Positions 27,394-40,433 of a stretch of 64,000 bases of DNA are shown piece after piece. Each line of letters starts with the position of its first letter. Within the stretch, counting starts at the first letter, position 1. The translations under genes and the position numbers were made by a program. Below the pieces are notes generated by a model, which was not told where the DNA came from, ran no database searches, and saw only the letters and a program-made list of their open reading frames with translations. This stretch comes from Botryllus schlosseri (taxonomy: Eukaryota): positions 11,720,001 to 11,784,000 of the forward strand of contig CM119372.1 of NCBI GenBank assembly GCA_051294905.1, read 5' to 3'.

Positions 27394-27452
27394 CTGGTCC
27401 AAATCACATCGGTTAAGTAAAGTCTCACGGTTGCGAACGCTCTGAATCTTAC

Positions 27453-27915
27453 CCAACGGGTCGAATTTTCCTGGAAACGGACCAACAGCGCCACCGTCTG
27501 GTTTGCCGGATCCGAAGTCCGATTGGCGCTGATAGAAAAATCCGGGCGATCCATTTAGCATTCTCTCCACGGCAGAGTTCACGAACGTACGTCTCTGCGG
27601 TTGGTGCTGCGACGCGGCTGTGACATCGTAACCACCGAAATAGTTTTCCGGCAGCGGCCTCGACGCCGGACCGCGCGATTCGTAGCCGTTTATCGTTCTG
27701 TGTTCCGGCGAGTGGCTGTTCCCGTGCATCATGCTGTTCATTGGAGACCGGGAATGCATCGGGATGCCGTCGTTGCTCGGTGATGATAGCGTGGGAGATA
27801 TGTTTTGGTCAAACGAGCCGCTCATCCCGCTTCCTTGTAATACCCGAGATTTTGTATTTGGGAGTTTATTGTCTTTTTTCCATTTCATTCGTCGATTTTG
27901 AAACCAAATTTTGAC
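27453..27915 (-). CDS. Hox4: Hox4 coding exon 3 (homeodomain helix 3 plus C-terminal region). Extends to the stop at 27196 if the following 59-nt intron is retained.
   Basis: Acceptor tttcag|GTC AAA ATT TGG. Translates [24 protein letters not shown]..., where LPNTK is the Hox4/Dfd signature. Candidate donor TTG G|GTAAGA at 27452. Confidence 0.92.
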
Positions 27916-28958
27916 CTGAAACGTTAAAACAGTCTGAGTTAATTGGTGCGATCTCGTGATTGTACCGAAGTACACTCTGTGATCTGTAGAGAGCAGAAAG
28001 GCGAACAATGCAAAGCCGATGATGACACTACAGCAAATCTATAACATCGCACTTTATCAATTTTCAGTGCATAAAACGTCACAGTTCATCTCTTGCGTGG
28101 TCTTTAAGGCGGTCTGTAGCCTATATGGAATAGACGCCGTCTACGTGACCTTTTACGGACGCTGTAAAGTCAAGATAGATACGACTGAGTTAATTTGCGT
28201 CACATCTTGCTTGGCGTTTCGTTCGCCATTTTGACAAAGTGAAATTTTCAACACTCGTTACGTTTTCACCGATATGACCCTTTTCATTTGTCACAATACT
28301 AAGCATTTCTCAAAAATATCGCATTCAAGGCTGGACACTCTTCAAACATGACCTATGCAAATATACATGTCTTTGTGCCATATGTGCGTTCTACATCGTA
28401 CCGATGCTGCATGATTTGAAAACGAGTTGAAGATATTTTTTGTATAGTAAGTCGCAATAATTTAAAATACTATGAGCCCAATTTAAAACTAAGACGAATC
28501 AAGGATTCCCGTAGGTTTTCTAACAAAACATTAAGCTACATGCCAATGTTTTTAGTATACCGAAAAGCAGCATATTTTGGGTCGTTGTCAAAAATGATAT
28601 GAAAACTAATATTATATATACATAGCCAAATCCAGGAAAATGATGAGTACGTCGATATATGCATAAAATGTATCCAATATTTCACTATTAGCGCAATAGA
28701 AGAATTATATCACATTCATATCTTGATATTTTTAGTTTACATGCCGAATGGTATAGGCCAATGGCCCACAGATAGGTGTGGCGTTGGCCTCTAGGGGTAT
28801 AGTCCCATACCGTCCAAGCCCATACTGCGACAATTTCGGTATATACGAGTCAAATTAGAATGAGGAAGTACCCATGATGCAGTTTCGTAATTCAATCAGC
28901 AAGTTTTTAACCGCCCATTGTTTTATGCGATCATGATAAGACACTAAAGCGGCGTTAC

Positions 28959-29113
28959 CTGTCGTTCGGTCAGGCATAATGAATGCGCGATTTCAATTCT
29001 CCGTCGTCTTGTCAAGTAGCGATTGAAATGAAATTCTTTTTCGAGTTCCAGGACTTGATGGCGGGTATAGGCTGTTCGCGGTCGTTTCCCTTGTTCCGCT
29101 CCGCTGTTGAATA
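28959..29113 (-). CDS. Hox4: Hox4 coding exon 2 (linker plus homeodomain residues 1-44)
   Basis: Acceptor ttccttttcgatgcag| is in phase with exon 1. Translates (V)[51 protein letters not shown]. Donor CAG|GTAACG. This exon is not in the ORF track and was translated by hand. Confidence 0.97.
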
Positions 29114-32100
29114 CTGCATCGAAAAGGAATAACCATTACATGCACTGCTGAGGGCTGGGCGTCGTACGCATGCAAGATCGATATAGCTATTCCAGTGCGT
29201 ATATGACCCGATGATAGCGCGTGTTAGGAAACTTTGAGTTGATTGAAAAGGTCTAATTACAATTTCCGTTCTATGTATCCTAAGCAGATCCCTTTGCAGT
29301 CTCTTCACATTGTTAGTCCGATCTCTAATATCTGCGCGCAGAACCCTGGCAGCCGGTTCTTTGCGGATACAAAAAGCATCGCGATGTCAAAGTTTAATAT
29401 TCCACAGACCATTAAAGTCCCGGCATCAAACGCGATTCTCAGAACTGATGCGCTTGCGCTGTTCGCATTTGCGGTTTTTTCGTCTCCGATCATGAAAGTA
29501 TTGTCTGGCATTTTCATCAAATACTTAGGGGTTGGGATTTGGTTTAACTCGCGTCTTTAGCATGGACATTGAACAATATTCAGAGCTTCGGAGGAGAAGT
29601 GCAGTTTCAAAGACTCTCCATCTCCATATATACTATACGCTAGACAATTTTGTAAATATTTTGAGTTCAGCGCAAAACCGCTAACAACTTATTCTACGCT
29701 GACACTATTGCATTACGCCGTTTTCAAAATATGTATTTTTACATGCTGGTTTGTATATTGTTTCACGACATCCATTTGAGGCTATATATATTGCATAACT
29801 AATTAATTTCTTATAGATATAATAAATGTCATAACACCAATTAGCACTGGTCACAGAGTTTTGGCCCTGTTCTCCTCCCTGCTACGCGGACAGCAACAAC
29901 GTACAACCAGGGCATGAGCGCAGGCAATCATAATAAGGCATATGTTTTGATTACGACCGCAGTACAAAATGTATGAACTACACATCGGCAATGCGAAATT
30001 AGATTATTATTCAAGTGTAGTAGCATGCGATAGAAATTGCTTATAGTTGCTTGGAATGGATGTTGATTAGAGCGCATCATCTTCGCACATGACTCTAACA
30101 CTTATCCTCATCCTCATCGATAAACGCACGCTGACACAGCCTTTCCTATTCCAAGTAAAGAACGAAATCGGATGTTTGTCGGCTTCTTTTCCGCTCCGCG
30201 TCAGACCATTGGCTCCCGGCAGCCTATACCATGGAAGTTTTGGACGCGGATTTGCAAGCATCACTATATGCGCGAACATTACTGTTCTTGGACAATGGGC
30301 ATGGGCAAAATGAGTCTAGGAGTCAATGCGTATTGAGTGCTATTGCTGATCATGGGTAGGCTATAGGCTATGTTCGATTCTGTAAATCTCCTTTGACTTT
30401 GAAGACACCAACGTGTAATCATGTTAGTTATTCATCGCACAAAAGAAAGTAGCTATGGCATATATTATTATAATTATTGAACAGCCGATCATATCCAAAT
30501 CTGATATCAAGAAATGCGAATTGGCATGCGATACACATCACATGACATGTGAAAATTAGTATTAGTCTCATTACAATGTTGCCAGGTGTGCCATTACTAT
30601 TTTTATATGACACAGAGTATGTGTAGGGCCAGAGTGACATGCTAATTCGGACGTTGTTTGCCAATATCTGGAGTAACCGGCACTCTGCATATGGTAGACA
30701 AAGGTGCCCTTTTGTGCCACGCCTCAAATCACAGATTAATTGAGACAATAAACAAATCTTAGTTACTTGTAGTCAGTATGTAACTAAATACGCTGGAATC
30801 AATTAACTTTCTATTGCATACAATGAGTGAGACCTTTATCACAGCACGCTGTTCCTTATAGGCTCAAATGGCAGCACCCAATCTACTTGAAAATTTTAAC
30901 GAAGGTAGGCTATCTAAAAATTTGAACTTTCGTTGATCTGGCATTTACCCGCTTAATGTATGGCCTACTTGGTGGTTTCTACATCATCATTAATCATGCT
31001 TTAGTTCGGGACCCTCTTGGACAGCCAGCTTATACTTTTGTCCGTAAGCTGATATCCACCCGTTATTGATCGAAATAGTGGCACATAGTGGAAGGATTAG
31101 GAATGCACTGTAATACTTTAATGATAAACCTTCATCGGATGTTCTATCGCAGCGGGATATATAGTCGGTGTTCAAATTCATAACTAATTCTTGCTACGAA
31201 TATCCACGGCGGCGTAGTTGTATCGGGGATTTGTGCTTAACCCCGAATTGACATCCTTCATGCGCATGCCACCTACTCGCATAGCAGCGTGATTGATGGA
31301 ATATATCCATGAGACAATATTAATCGCGGTGTGCGACCTTGTACGCGAACTTAGCGACACGACAAAACTATCGTATATTGCATCAAAATGTTTGTCGCGA
31401 TAATCTTGAAAAAGTGCACGACATCGTTTGTTGTAGATTACTTTTCTGTTCATCAATAAGCATGCGGTATCAATTTGGCGTCGGAAAACGGTCAACTGGA
31501 TGATGCACTTCTTTTATCGGGGTCACACCACAGTGGCAGTTAGGATTCAACGCCATGTCGATTCCGGTCGTTTGTCGAGTAACACCAGAAGAAACGCTAT
31601 AACCGACTTGCACACCATTCGAATCATTGTATCTTATCGTGTTGGATGAAGCTCGCCGTGATTGATTGTCTGTTTCCTATTGCACAGCGGGTTTGTCGGC
31701 AGAAAATGTAAGGAAAGTGGAAGCTTATTGCGTGATGACTTGCGCATTATTAGCGCTCGTAAAGTGAGATAGTCTTGGCGTGCGTGTATACTGTATATAC
31801 GTCTTGCGTGACAAGCGTTTATGATTTTTCGGTACACCGTACAGTCCTAATTTGCATGGTAGATGTCGCTGGACAGTACGTCAGTGAACACACATTTAGA
31901 TATATTTAGAACCTTGCCATCAATTGCAATGAATATTTAGCGTTATTGGGCAAAAATTTATTTCGGCGTTATTTTGCGTTGTTGAGCAGGATGGTATTTC
32001 TGCCGCAGACGAAGAAGCAAAATACAAGGTCATATACATCAGTCACACAGTTAAAATACGGGAAGAGCCACGGGGCTGATACGTGTCGCTAATGCGACGA

Positions 32101-32850
32101 ACTTGAATTAGATTCGAATACAACGCAGAAGACCATACGCGCGGGCTACCATATTAACGGAGTCTCGCTAACGCCGTGGGTATGCCTATGGGTTGAAACA
32201 TGGCGTGCTGAGGCAAAAGACTCGAAAAAACGTTAAAATCGAACGTACCCTCGCACCCTACCCAACTTAGGAAATGAAGTAACCACTCTGCTTGGTTGCA
32301 TGTCCGCATCCCAACTTAATAGAGCGAATAGTATCATTTTACTCTCGCGTCTAGGCATGATTCATTGCCATACGACAGGGACGGTAACACAGCGTACAAT
32401 AATTGTTTAATATAAGACATGGCATTACATGTTAGGATGGATTGGAAGTTTACGCAACGAACATTCATGTATATTGGTTGGCTAAGTCAAGTAACTTCGT
32501 GTTATATCATCAGCATTGTATAACATACGACATGGTCAACATACATGGTCAATGATAATTTCGAAGTAGTTTACACTCCGACGTTTTCAAGGTACGTGTG
32601 CTCCCTGAAACGCAGGTCTATTGCCCGTTGCATTTAAATCGTGATTCCATCGAATTTGATACATATACAGCTGCGTTTCACTCTAAACGCGACTTATTAA
32701 ATAATCAACCGGATGTCTACAACTGTGGAGTTGATGCTTGTAAACAAATTGGCATTTAATCGAAATGAAATGAAAGTTTACAGAAAATGATTGAGTGACA
32801 CATAGAGCGTATTGAAGTCAATTAAAGCCGTGTCGTACATTTCGACTTAC

Positions 32851-33325
32851 CGTGACTTGCGTGTATTCGCTTCATCCACGGGTACACAGTCGGCGGTGAC
32901 TCGCCTTTCGATTTCATGCACTTTCCGAGTTTGCCTTCGTGGTCACCGATTGACACCATGCCGTCCATTCCATTCTTTCCGTATATATTCGTCCCGCCGT
33001 TGCGAAGTTCGCTTTTCACCAGTCGGTCGTTGACACCGTTGAACTCGCTGTCCCCCGTTTGAAAGAAATCGCCGGTCGGCCCTGGCATGGCGGAGGTGTT
33101 CAGGTTCTCGAGGCCGGACAGGTCTTCCTGGTGAGACCGCATCATGTTTTGCATGCCTTGAAGGTAATTACTGTTGCTCGAATTCTGGTTTTGAGCACGC
33201 AAGGGTGTTAGGGTCTCTGCGACGTTGGGACAGGAATCGGCGCTCACTGCGGTCGCCACGTTCATCTCAACGCCGAACGGCTGAGGTAGACTTGTCACGG
33301 CTACATCTTCGTGCAGAGCTGCCAT
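32851..33325 (-). CDS. Hox4: Hox4/Deformed-class homeobox protein, coding exon 1 (N-terminus to hexapeptide)
   Basis: ORF MAALHEDV...PPTVYPWMKRIHASH carries the YPWM hexapeptide. It ends at a canonical donor CAC G|GTAAGT (GT at 32850-32849), phase 1. An in-frame TAG lies three codons upstream of the ATG. Confidence 0.9.
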
Positions 33326-36300
33326 TACCGACTACTCAGTAATCACTATCGACACGTTGACTGTCAGACGAAAGTATTTGCTAAAACGGACAACATTTCA
33401 AGTTAATTCGAGTAAATCTACAAGCTTCATCACTGTCCTGAGATTTTATCGTGGATTTTGTTAGCCAAGCTAATAGGCCACACTAAGTAACGAGATCCGT
33501 CGGTTTGAAGTTAAGAGATAGCAATTCTGCTCTGGCGCATCACGATTTTCATCTAAACGTCAGCTGTAATGAATGGTCCTGCTTATTGATTACCAACATG
33601 ACAGAGCTGATGTAGATAATCACTACGCAAAACGCTGTGATGTCTTGTTAACGGGATTTGTTCTTTCTTCGCTAATTTATCACCAAGCCTATTCATAACA
33701 AATTCTGACGAAGCCTTACATCCCAATGCATATTTAGCAGATATTCATAATCTCGTACAGTGCGAGGCAGCGATTATTTCGTACAGGTAGATTTCACGCT
33801 TAAAAATAACGGCTGTAATACTCGATGATCAATCCTACAAATACATTATATTTTAATGATCAACATTATACCTTCCGTATGTCGATACGATCGTTACAAT
33901 CTACTAAACTAAACTATAGATCGATGAATTTTCAGAAAGAGATCTTCGAAATAGAAACTTGCCCTGTTGGCGAATATCGAATGTTTGATTAGTGATGCTA
34001 CACCGCTGCCTGTTTAGTATGATCGTAATTATAAAAAAAGGAAAAAAGGCATGCGCCCGCAAACATGTTGCGTACTGCATGCACGTAATCAGGGCGCTTG
34101 ATTAATATTGCAGAAGTCAATTCGAAACCCGTGGAAGAAACAGGTTACAATGTTAACAATGATATGGCCAACCGCAATTAGGGCTTGTACCAAGCATTCA
34201 TGATTTGCGGTTTCCGATTCCGATTAATGCGAACAGACCGAAGCATATATGCCGCAAAGGCCATTGAGCATATGAGTCTACAGTGTACACGTCTATTTAA
34301 ATGAATTTGAAATATTGCTAAATCTGTCAAGTTAGTACCTGTTTGTGACAGCTAAATGCATACCTGTGTTGCAAAAAAGTATGTAAGCATTAAGATATTA
34401 TCTTCGCAATCAATTCATATACCGGCTGCCACATTTCCCCGCTCGGATTTCGCCCGACTTTATGTACGGAAAATGCTGAATGCGATATTACGCTACCTGT
34501 TTCTTTACTAACACCTGTCAAGGAAACTCGTTTTTCAACTTCACAAATTTAGCTCGCCTTGTAAGCTTCCTTAGAAATTGCAAATCATTTCATTCCATTT
34601 CCGAAAAGTAACTGTAGCCTCACTGATTTATGAGCTTGGGGCGTACAAATTTCAAATTAATCACACCATGCGGCGTTATTCTCAATATCGGCGTACAATA
34701 TGAAACATGGTTTTTGAAATTTACAAAGTTTCAGCTTGCAAAACAGCATTTAAACCCATCACTGAAAGGCACATTAGAAATTGTGCGGCATTCCAAAAGT
34801 TCTCTGCCAGTTTTCAAGTTCTGAGAGCTGTGTATTTATGCTTATTGCTCATGGTCCTTTATCAACAAAAACCTGTGTGCCCTGGTATCCGAGTAATGCC
34901 TCAATTTGATGAATATTTATCCTATGAAATCCACCGGTATCTTACACACTGCATCATACATGTACTGTGCATGACGTACACTTATTATTGAATTTCAAAT
35001 GCGGCAGCGAAACCAGCTGCTATAACTCTATCAGATATACAATGTAGATTCCTACACATTGAATAGGCCTGCAGCTAATCGCGAAGCATACCCTCACTAC
35101 TGATATGAAATATCTAATTAAACCAATAAATCGATTAGCTGCATTTTGACAAACTCTTCTCATTTAAAACGCAAGTATTATGACGGAATACGCAGCGGGT
35201 GATCCATCATATGTAACGCATATGCGTTTGTCGCACTCTTTAGGCTTCATAAGCTGAAATATGACTTGAAACAAGTTGTACTGAGCATTTACCTGCGGGA
35301 AAGCAAGCACTAGTAAATTTAATCACTTCGACATGCCGCTTGTCAAATTAAACATTACGCGATTTGAATGGCGTGATCACCAGGTTCAATATCAAAATGG
35401 CGGATCGCTGAATGTCAAGTTTGCTGTCACGATGTTTCCTGAAAGTTTATTCCGGCTTTCGCTGACATACGTTTTCACAGATGAACAGTACATGGTGTAA
35501 TAGGAAAAATAACATGCTAACTGTTCGTTTTTGTCCATAGCAAGTAGCCTGCGTGTCTTTACTCTGTTTTGCGACCGCTCTAACTCTGCTACCCCAGTTA
35601 GATGTATGATTTGTCCAAAAATCCAAACGAGAGATCTAGCTTCCTTGCATTTCAAAACTATCAGTCCCTTGCTTCGGTACATTTATCATCATTACACTTG
35701 GAGGCGTGTTCACCGATCCAACAACGACAGAACCCGAGATAGCGCATTTAACCTAACAGTGACTTATTGGGTAAATTGAAACAAAACAGCACTTAGTCTA
35801 TTATGCAGTTCTTCTCATTGCGTGGCGGAAAGACAATAAGCAACGAAGAAAGTTATGGTGCAGCATCAGCAGATCTGTCAAAACTATTTCCACTAATTTA
35901 GTGCCACCGTGACAGTTGCACACGCGTTACATGTTCCATCTTCAAGCAAGAAACAAGCAAGCCTTACAACAAATTATTCTCTTAATGAAAGCGAAACAAT
36001 CGTACGGTATATACGCGTTAGAGCAAGCCCTCGAGTCCTTGCAGAGTCAAGGGTGGGATAAAGTGTGTGGGTTCACGCTTCGAACAAGTCATCCATCATG
36101 CTTGTGCGTTGAGCTGTGACGGTAATTCAAAAACTACTACGTTTCAAGAGTTTGCCTTCTGATATATTTCGAGTAGCATATAATGTCTTTTGTAAGGGGG
36201 TTGGTCCCGTTGTCATGTAAGCCTACTCAAACACTACTGCCATTGTGGGCGCCAAGATGGAGTTGTCACGTTTGCTATGGGCCGCGTTTACTTGCGCACC

Positions 36301-39300
36301 TGAATATTTTTCAAAACGACGGATATCCGACGCTTTACATCAAGATCACCGAATTTTGGTGCGGATTGATTTGAAGAACGCATCTCCACGCGACTCCCCG
36401 CGTTCGTAAACATGATATATTAATTATCAAGTTTCCAGCATCATAACGGAATTGACGGTGGTGCTATCTTGTGCTTGAGCTCATTCAGCATAAGTTCGAA
36501 GTCCCGATGAATATTAAAATATTTCAACTGAACGATCACTGATTTATCTCCAGTCTCGCTCTTGGGAATGACCTCCGAGGACAATTTAGTTATCTAAAGC
36601 GCATGTTTACTTAACCTATCGGTTCTGTTTAAGTACCTCCATGCTTCTTATAATAAGCGACTGCGAATCGGACAAAAGAAACTCTTCGATCACTGGACTT
36701 GTCGACAGGTTCGGGAGCAATCTGATAGGCCCGGATTCAGGTAGTATTTATCCGTTTACTTTCACTTGTATTTACCGTCATCGTTGGATCCAGCTCATGG
36801 TCCGGTAAGCTGCCACACGCGGTTATATTGCAAATATTCCGGGTTCCTTTCGCAAGGAAGTTTGTGCTCCCTTGAACTGCAGCAAACGAGTTATTAGATT
36901 CGTTACGTGTGGCATACTCAAATTGTGGTCGTTTCCAAGCGAATCTAGTAAAATTTCTAATTTCTGCGTCTGACAAGGTTGCGTATAATTCTACGTGAGT
37001 GATTTCGAATCTTCATCTCCAGAAAAATAACAACTGCCGACTATTTGTATGCGGATATTTGGGCAAAGCAGTCGAATCCGATAGAATTAAATAAATCAAA
37101 GCCATCCATGCAGCCTGCTATCTTATGCTGTGTCTTCACGGAATGTGCGAATGTGGGAAAATGAATATATAACGTCCATGTAAGTTATATCGAAAACTTG
37201 CGCTGCCGAAGGTATTCGAAAATAGGAATTTAATATATCGTCAGACACGATATGCGAAAAAGGAAAGGCTGAGAAAATAGCTCTTTCGAGCAATAGTTTG
37301 GATATTACTGTGATATTATTATTATTATTAACTGTTGAAAACGAAACAATGTGGTGCTTATCACCTTATCGGTCTGGTGCACTACGTCCAAGTATTACAC
37401 TTAAATTGACCATGAATGAGTTAAATTATCGCATTGCTGGCTATAGAGAACGAACCTAACGAGACGTGATGAAAGTTCTGGCCCCACCAGTATAGTTTAT
37501 ATATTGTAAATTGTACGTTCGAGTTCGAATATAAATCAATCAAAAACGATCCATGACTACCGTGTTTTCGGCTTGCGATGAGTGACTGATCTCGGGTACG
37601 TGGCATAGATCGAACGAACCGTATCGAAGCAGCCAATTCTAAATAACTACCCTTTCATCCAGGACCACAGACGAAATATTATCACCTCATTCAGATATGT
37701 GAAATGTGCATTGATGGAAGCGTCGTTTGTAGCGTTTGGTGAACAGTATACAGTCACTTCTCGTTATTCGTTTTGCCATACACTTCGAATGCATTTGTTT
37801 ACATCGTTCTTAACATCAGTACAAGTAATATCAACTGTTCCTAGGTTATCAAATGCGAAAGCAGCAGTCGAGCGTATGCGAGGTCGTCTGCAACCTCATT
37901 CCCTGGAATGCCTCTATATGCCGCGGAGCCCATGCATATGCGCCGTAAATGATCATTCCTAATACCTGGAGGAACAAAAGGAATATATTGTTGGGCGTTC
38001 TGCTCGGTGTATGATTCGGCATGGTGAACGTGTCCAGAACACTTAAGCAGTCGGATAAAATGAAATATTTATCGGTTATACAGCCGTGGTTAATAATTCA
38101 CGATAATGCATAAACAATATAGCTAGCATTGGGAGATGATTTTAGTACCAATCCATTAGATTAGGAATACACTGCATTGAGTTGAAATTGGGAATAGTAT
38201 TGGTGGTAAGACTTTTTCCGAATCCTTAGAAATTCGTCACACACATACCAATCATTAGGAAATTATTGCTGTCAGATGAAAATTAGAAGTCTTTTTCCAG
38301 TTATGAAGGACAGAATTTGCCTGTGTACTGGCGAAACTGATGGGACATGCAGGGCAAAAATTCTCATGTGATATCGTCGTACCTAAAATAACGAAAATTC
38401 AATGTTATATCTCGACGTATCTGAACAATATGTAAATAATTGTCGATCTTGCTTTCTTGTTTATCGATCTTAACCCCATCCCCAGTTATACATCCAAACA
38501 ATCAATCACGGACTAAATACAGTAACCGCATCCGATCATAATACATATAATAAAAGTTGCAGTCCAAAGCAATGTATGGAGGAATGGTTTGTGTGGCGGC
38601 AATGACGTACGCGATGCTCCAAATTTTCTGCTGCGAAATTTTTGGGCTATCTCTTGTTATTAGTGTACGTCATCACGTTAAGTCATGCTCAAACTTCAAA
38701 GCATGTAACATACCAATCACTAATGCCTCCAATCCAAGTTCGCGATGCAATAATTCCCGCCGATACTCGATACTGCCAATGAAGCCGAATTGCTGAATTT
38801 GCAGGACGCGGTGCCTTTCCGCATGAACAGGTAAGAAGCAACCTTCCATTCATCATATCAATTATCATCCATAATTGGATGCTTCGCAAACTAAGGCGCA
38901 TTAGGGTATAAGCCTCACGTGAACAAGTACACACCTGGCTGGCGATAACGCTAGGTCTAAAAAACCTCGCGTACCGATAATGGGATGCAGTATTTCAATA
39001 AAATGCACTCTTCCATCATCAGGAGGAAGTGTCATTAGGAGAATATTTCGGCGCTGCGATCATAATTTCCACCGCAATGTTGGCGAAGGCTGCTGCTAAT
39101 AGCCAGCCTGTCAGGAAGATGCCACCCGCGCTAGAGACCATTACGACCAAGTCAAAATCTTGATACGCGCAGATTTTGTGTTCCTAAAAACAAAGCGCAT
39201 CTGTCTAATTAAATTTGATCGCAATTATTGATATCTGTAGATTTCCTCTGGTTTGCGATGCTACATGATATTATCAATTTACGGCGGGAATGCATTGATT

Positions 39301-39989
39301 GTAATTCAATAACGACGGTTCCAAAACGCAACACGCTTTCATCAATTTCTATCACGCGCAGGTTATTCGGGATGCGTTTGATTTCACAGAAGTGCGATCA
39401 GTGTAACTTTCCCGACTTCACAGCACTGCAGCGTTTACGTAAACGGAGTACTGGACGCTGTCCAGGGATACTTTCGATATCGCCGAAGCGGGAGATTACT
39501 GGTGATGGTACCTTGGATAAATGACTATTCAATCATTCCTTATGTGAGCTATCATTGCAATTACTTAGCTTACTGACTTCGTCAAATAATTGGATGAACT
39601 ATACTCAAGTATCCTTAGAAGCTACCGCGAGCTAGATCTCCTAATAGAATTATGGGCCCTGGTCAATATCTACATTGCTTTCGACCATGACATAGACACC
39701 ATCTTTTTTACCGCATGTATATCGCTTTAGAAATATCTCTATACGTAACATATGCAAATTCCACGCGAACACATATTGATAAATTAATCACCTGTGACAT
39801 ATTTTTATCGAGGATAATTTCCCTTTCTAGTAATGCAGTCTGCTCTTCATTGATATAGTCGTGAATGGCTCAATGAAAAAAAACTTTGGTTCTAACTGTA
39901 CGAGACTGGGACTAGTAGGTTGCAAACTTCAACCGTGTGTTTAATTGGTGGAAGCTACGTGTGGATTGAATAGATAGAGATCCCATTTA

Positions 39990-40433
39990 TAGGGTTGCAT
40001 TTAAAACAAATATCAAATTCAAAACAAACATGGTTAAAACAAGGCCCTTGTTTAAAGCATGTTTTTTATTATTTTATATAGTTTTATTTAGGCCATGGCG
40101 TCACAAATATTCAATTATTGCGTCATAGTGGATTGATATTGATGATTGAAAATGTATGGTAATTATAGCTCCTTTGACAAAATATCTACGTACTTTACCT
40201 GTTTAACCGACTATTTTGAGGTTTCCAACCCTCCCATATCGTATACGTCGGCTATATCGGCTGGTAATTGTCTGTAGGCTCATAGAACATGTTTTTGAAA
40301 GTATATACACAATTATGGCATGATTTTACAGCTTGAAAACACAATTTTTTCAAATACCTGTGTTTAAAACACTGTTTAAAACATGTTTTGCACAAAGTAT
40401 TTTGAACAACCATTTGTTTTAAATGCAACCCTA
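39990..40433 (+). mobile_element. MITE family A, copy 6
   Basis: Both TIRs intact. ATCCCAT is present on both flanks. Confidence 0.9.

Noticed and set aside
27916..28008. N-terminal part of track ORF 27196..28008 (MFAFLL...TFQ)
   Set aside because: Intronic read-through upstream of the tttcag acceptor. The true exon starts at 27915.
29243..29560. Several overlapping ORFs in Hox4 intron 1 as a possible alternative exon
   Set aside because: Exons 1 and 2 already join in phase with a normal 15-aa hexapeptide-homeodomain linker. No convincing splice pair was identified.
32822..32850. C-terminal GKSKCTTRL of ORF 32822..33325
   Set aside because: Lies beyond the GTAAGT donor, so it is intron sequence.
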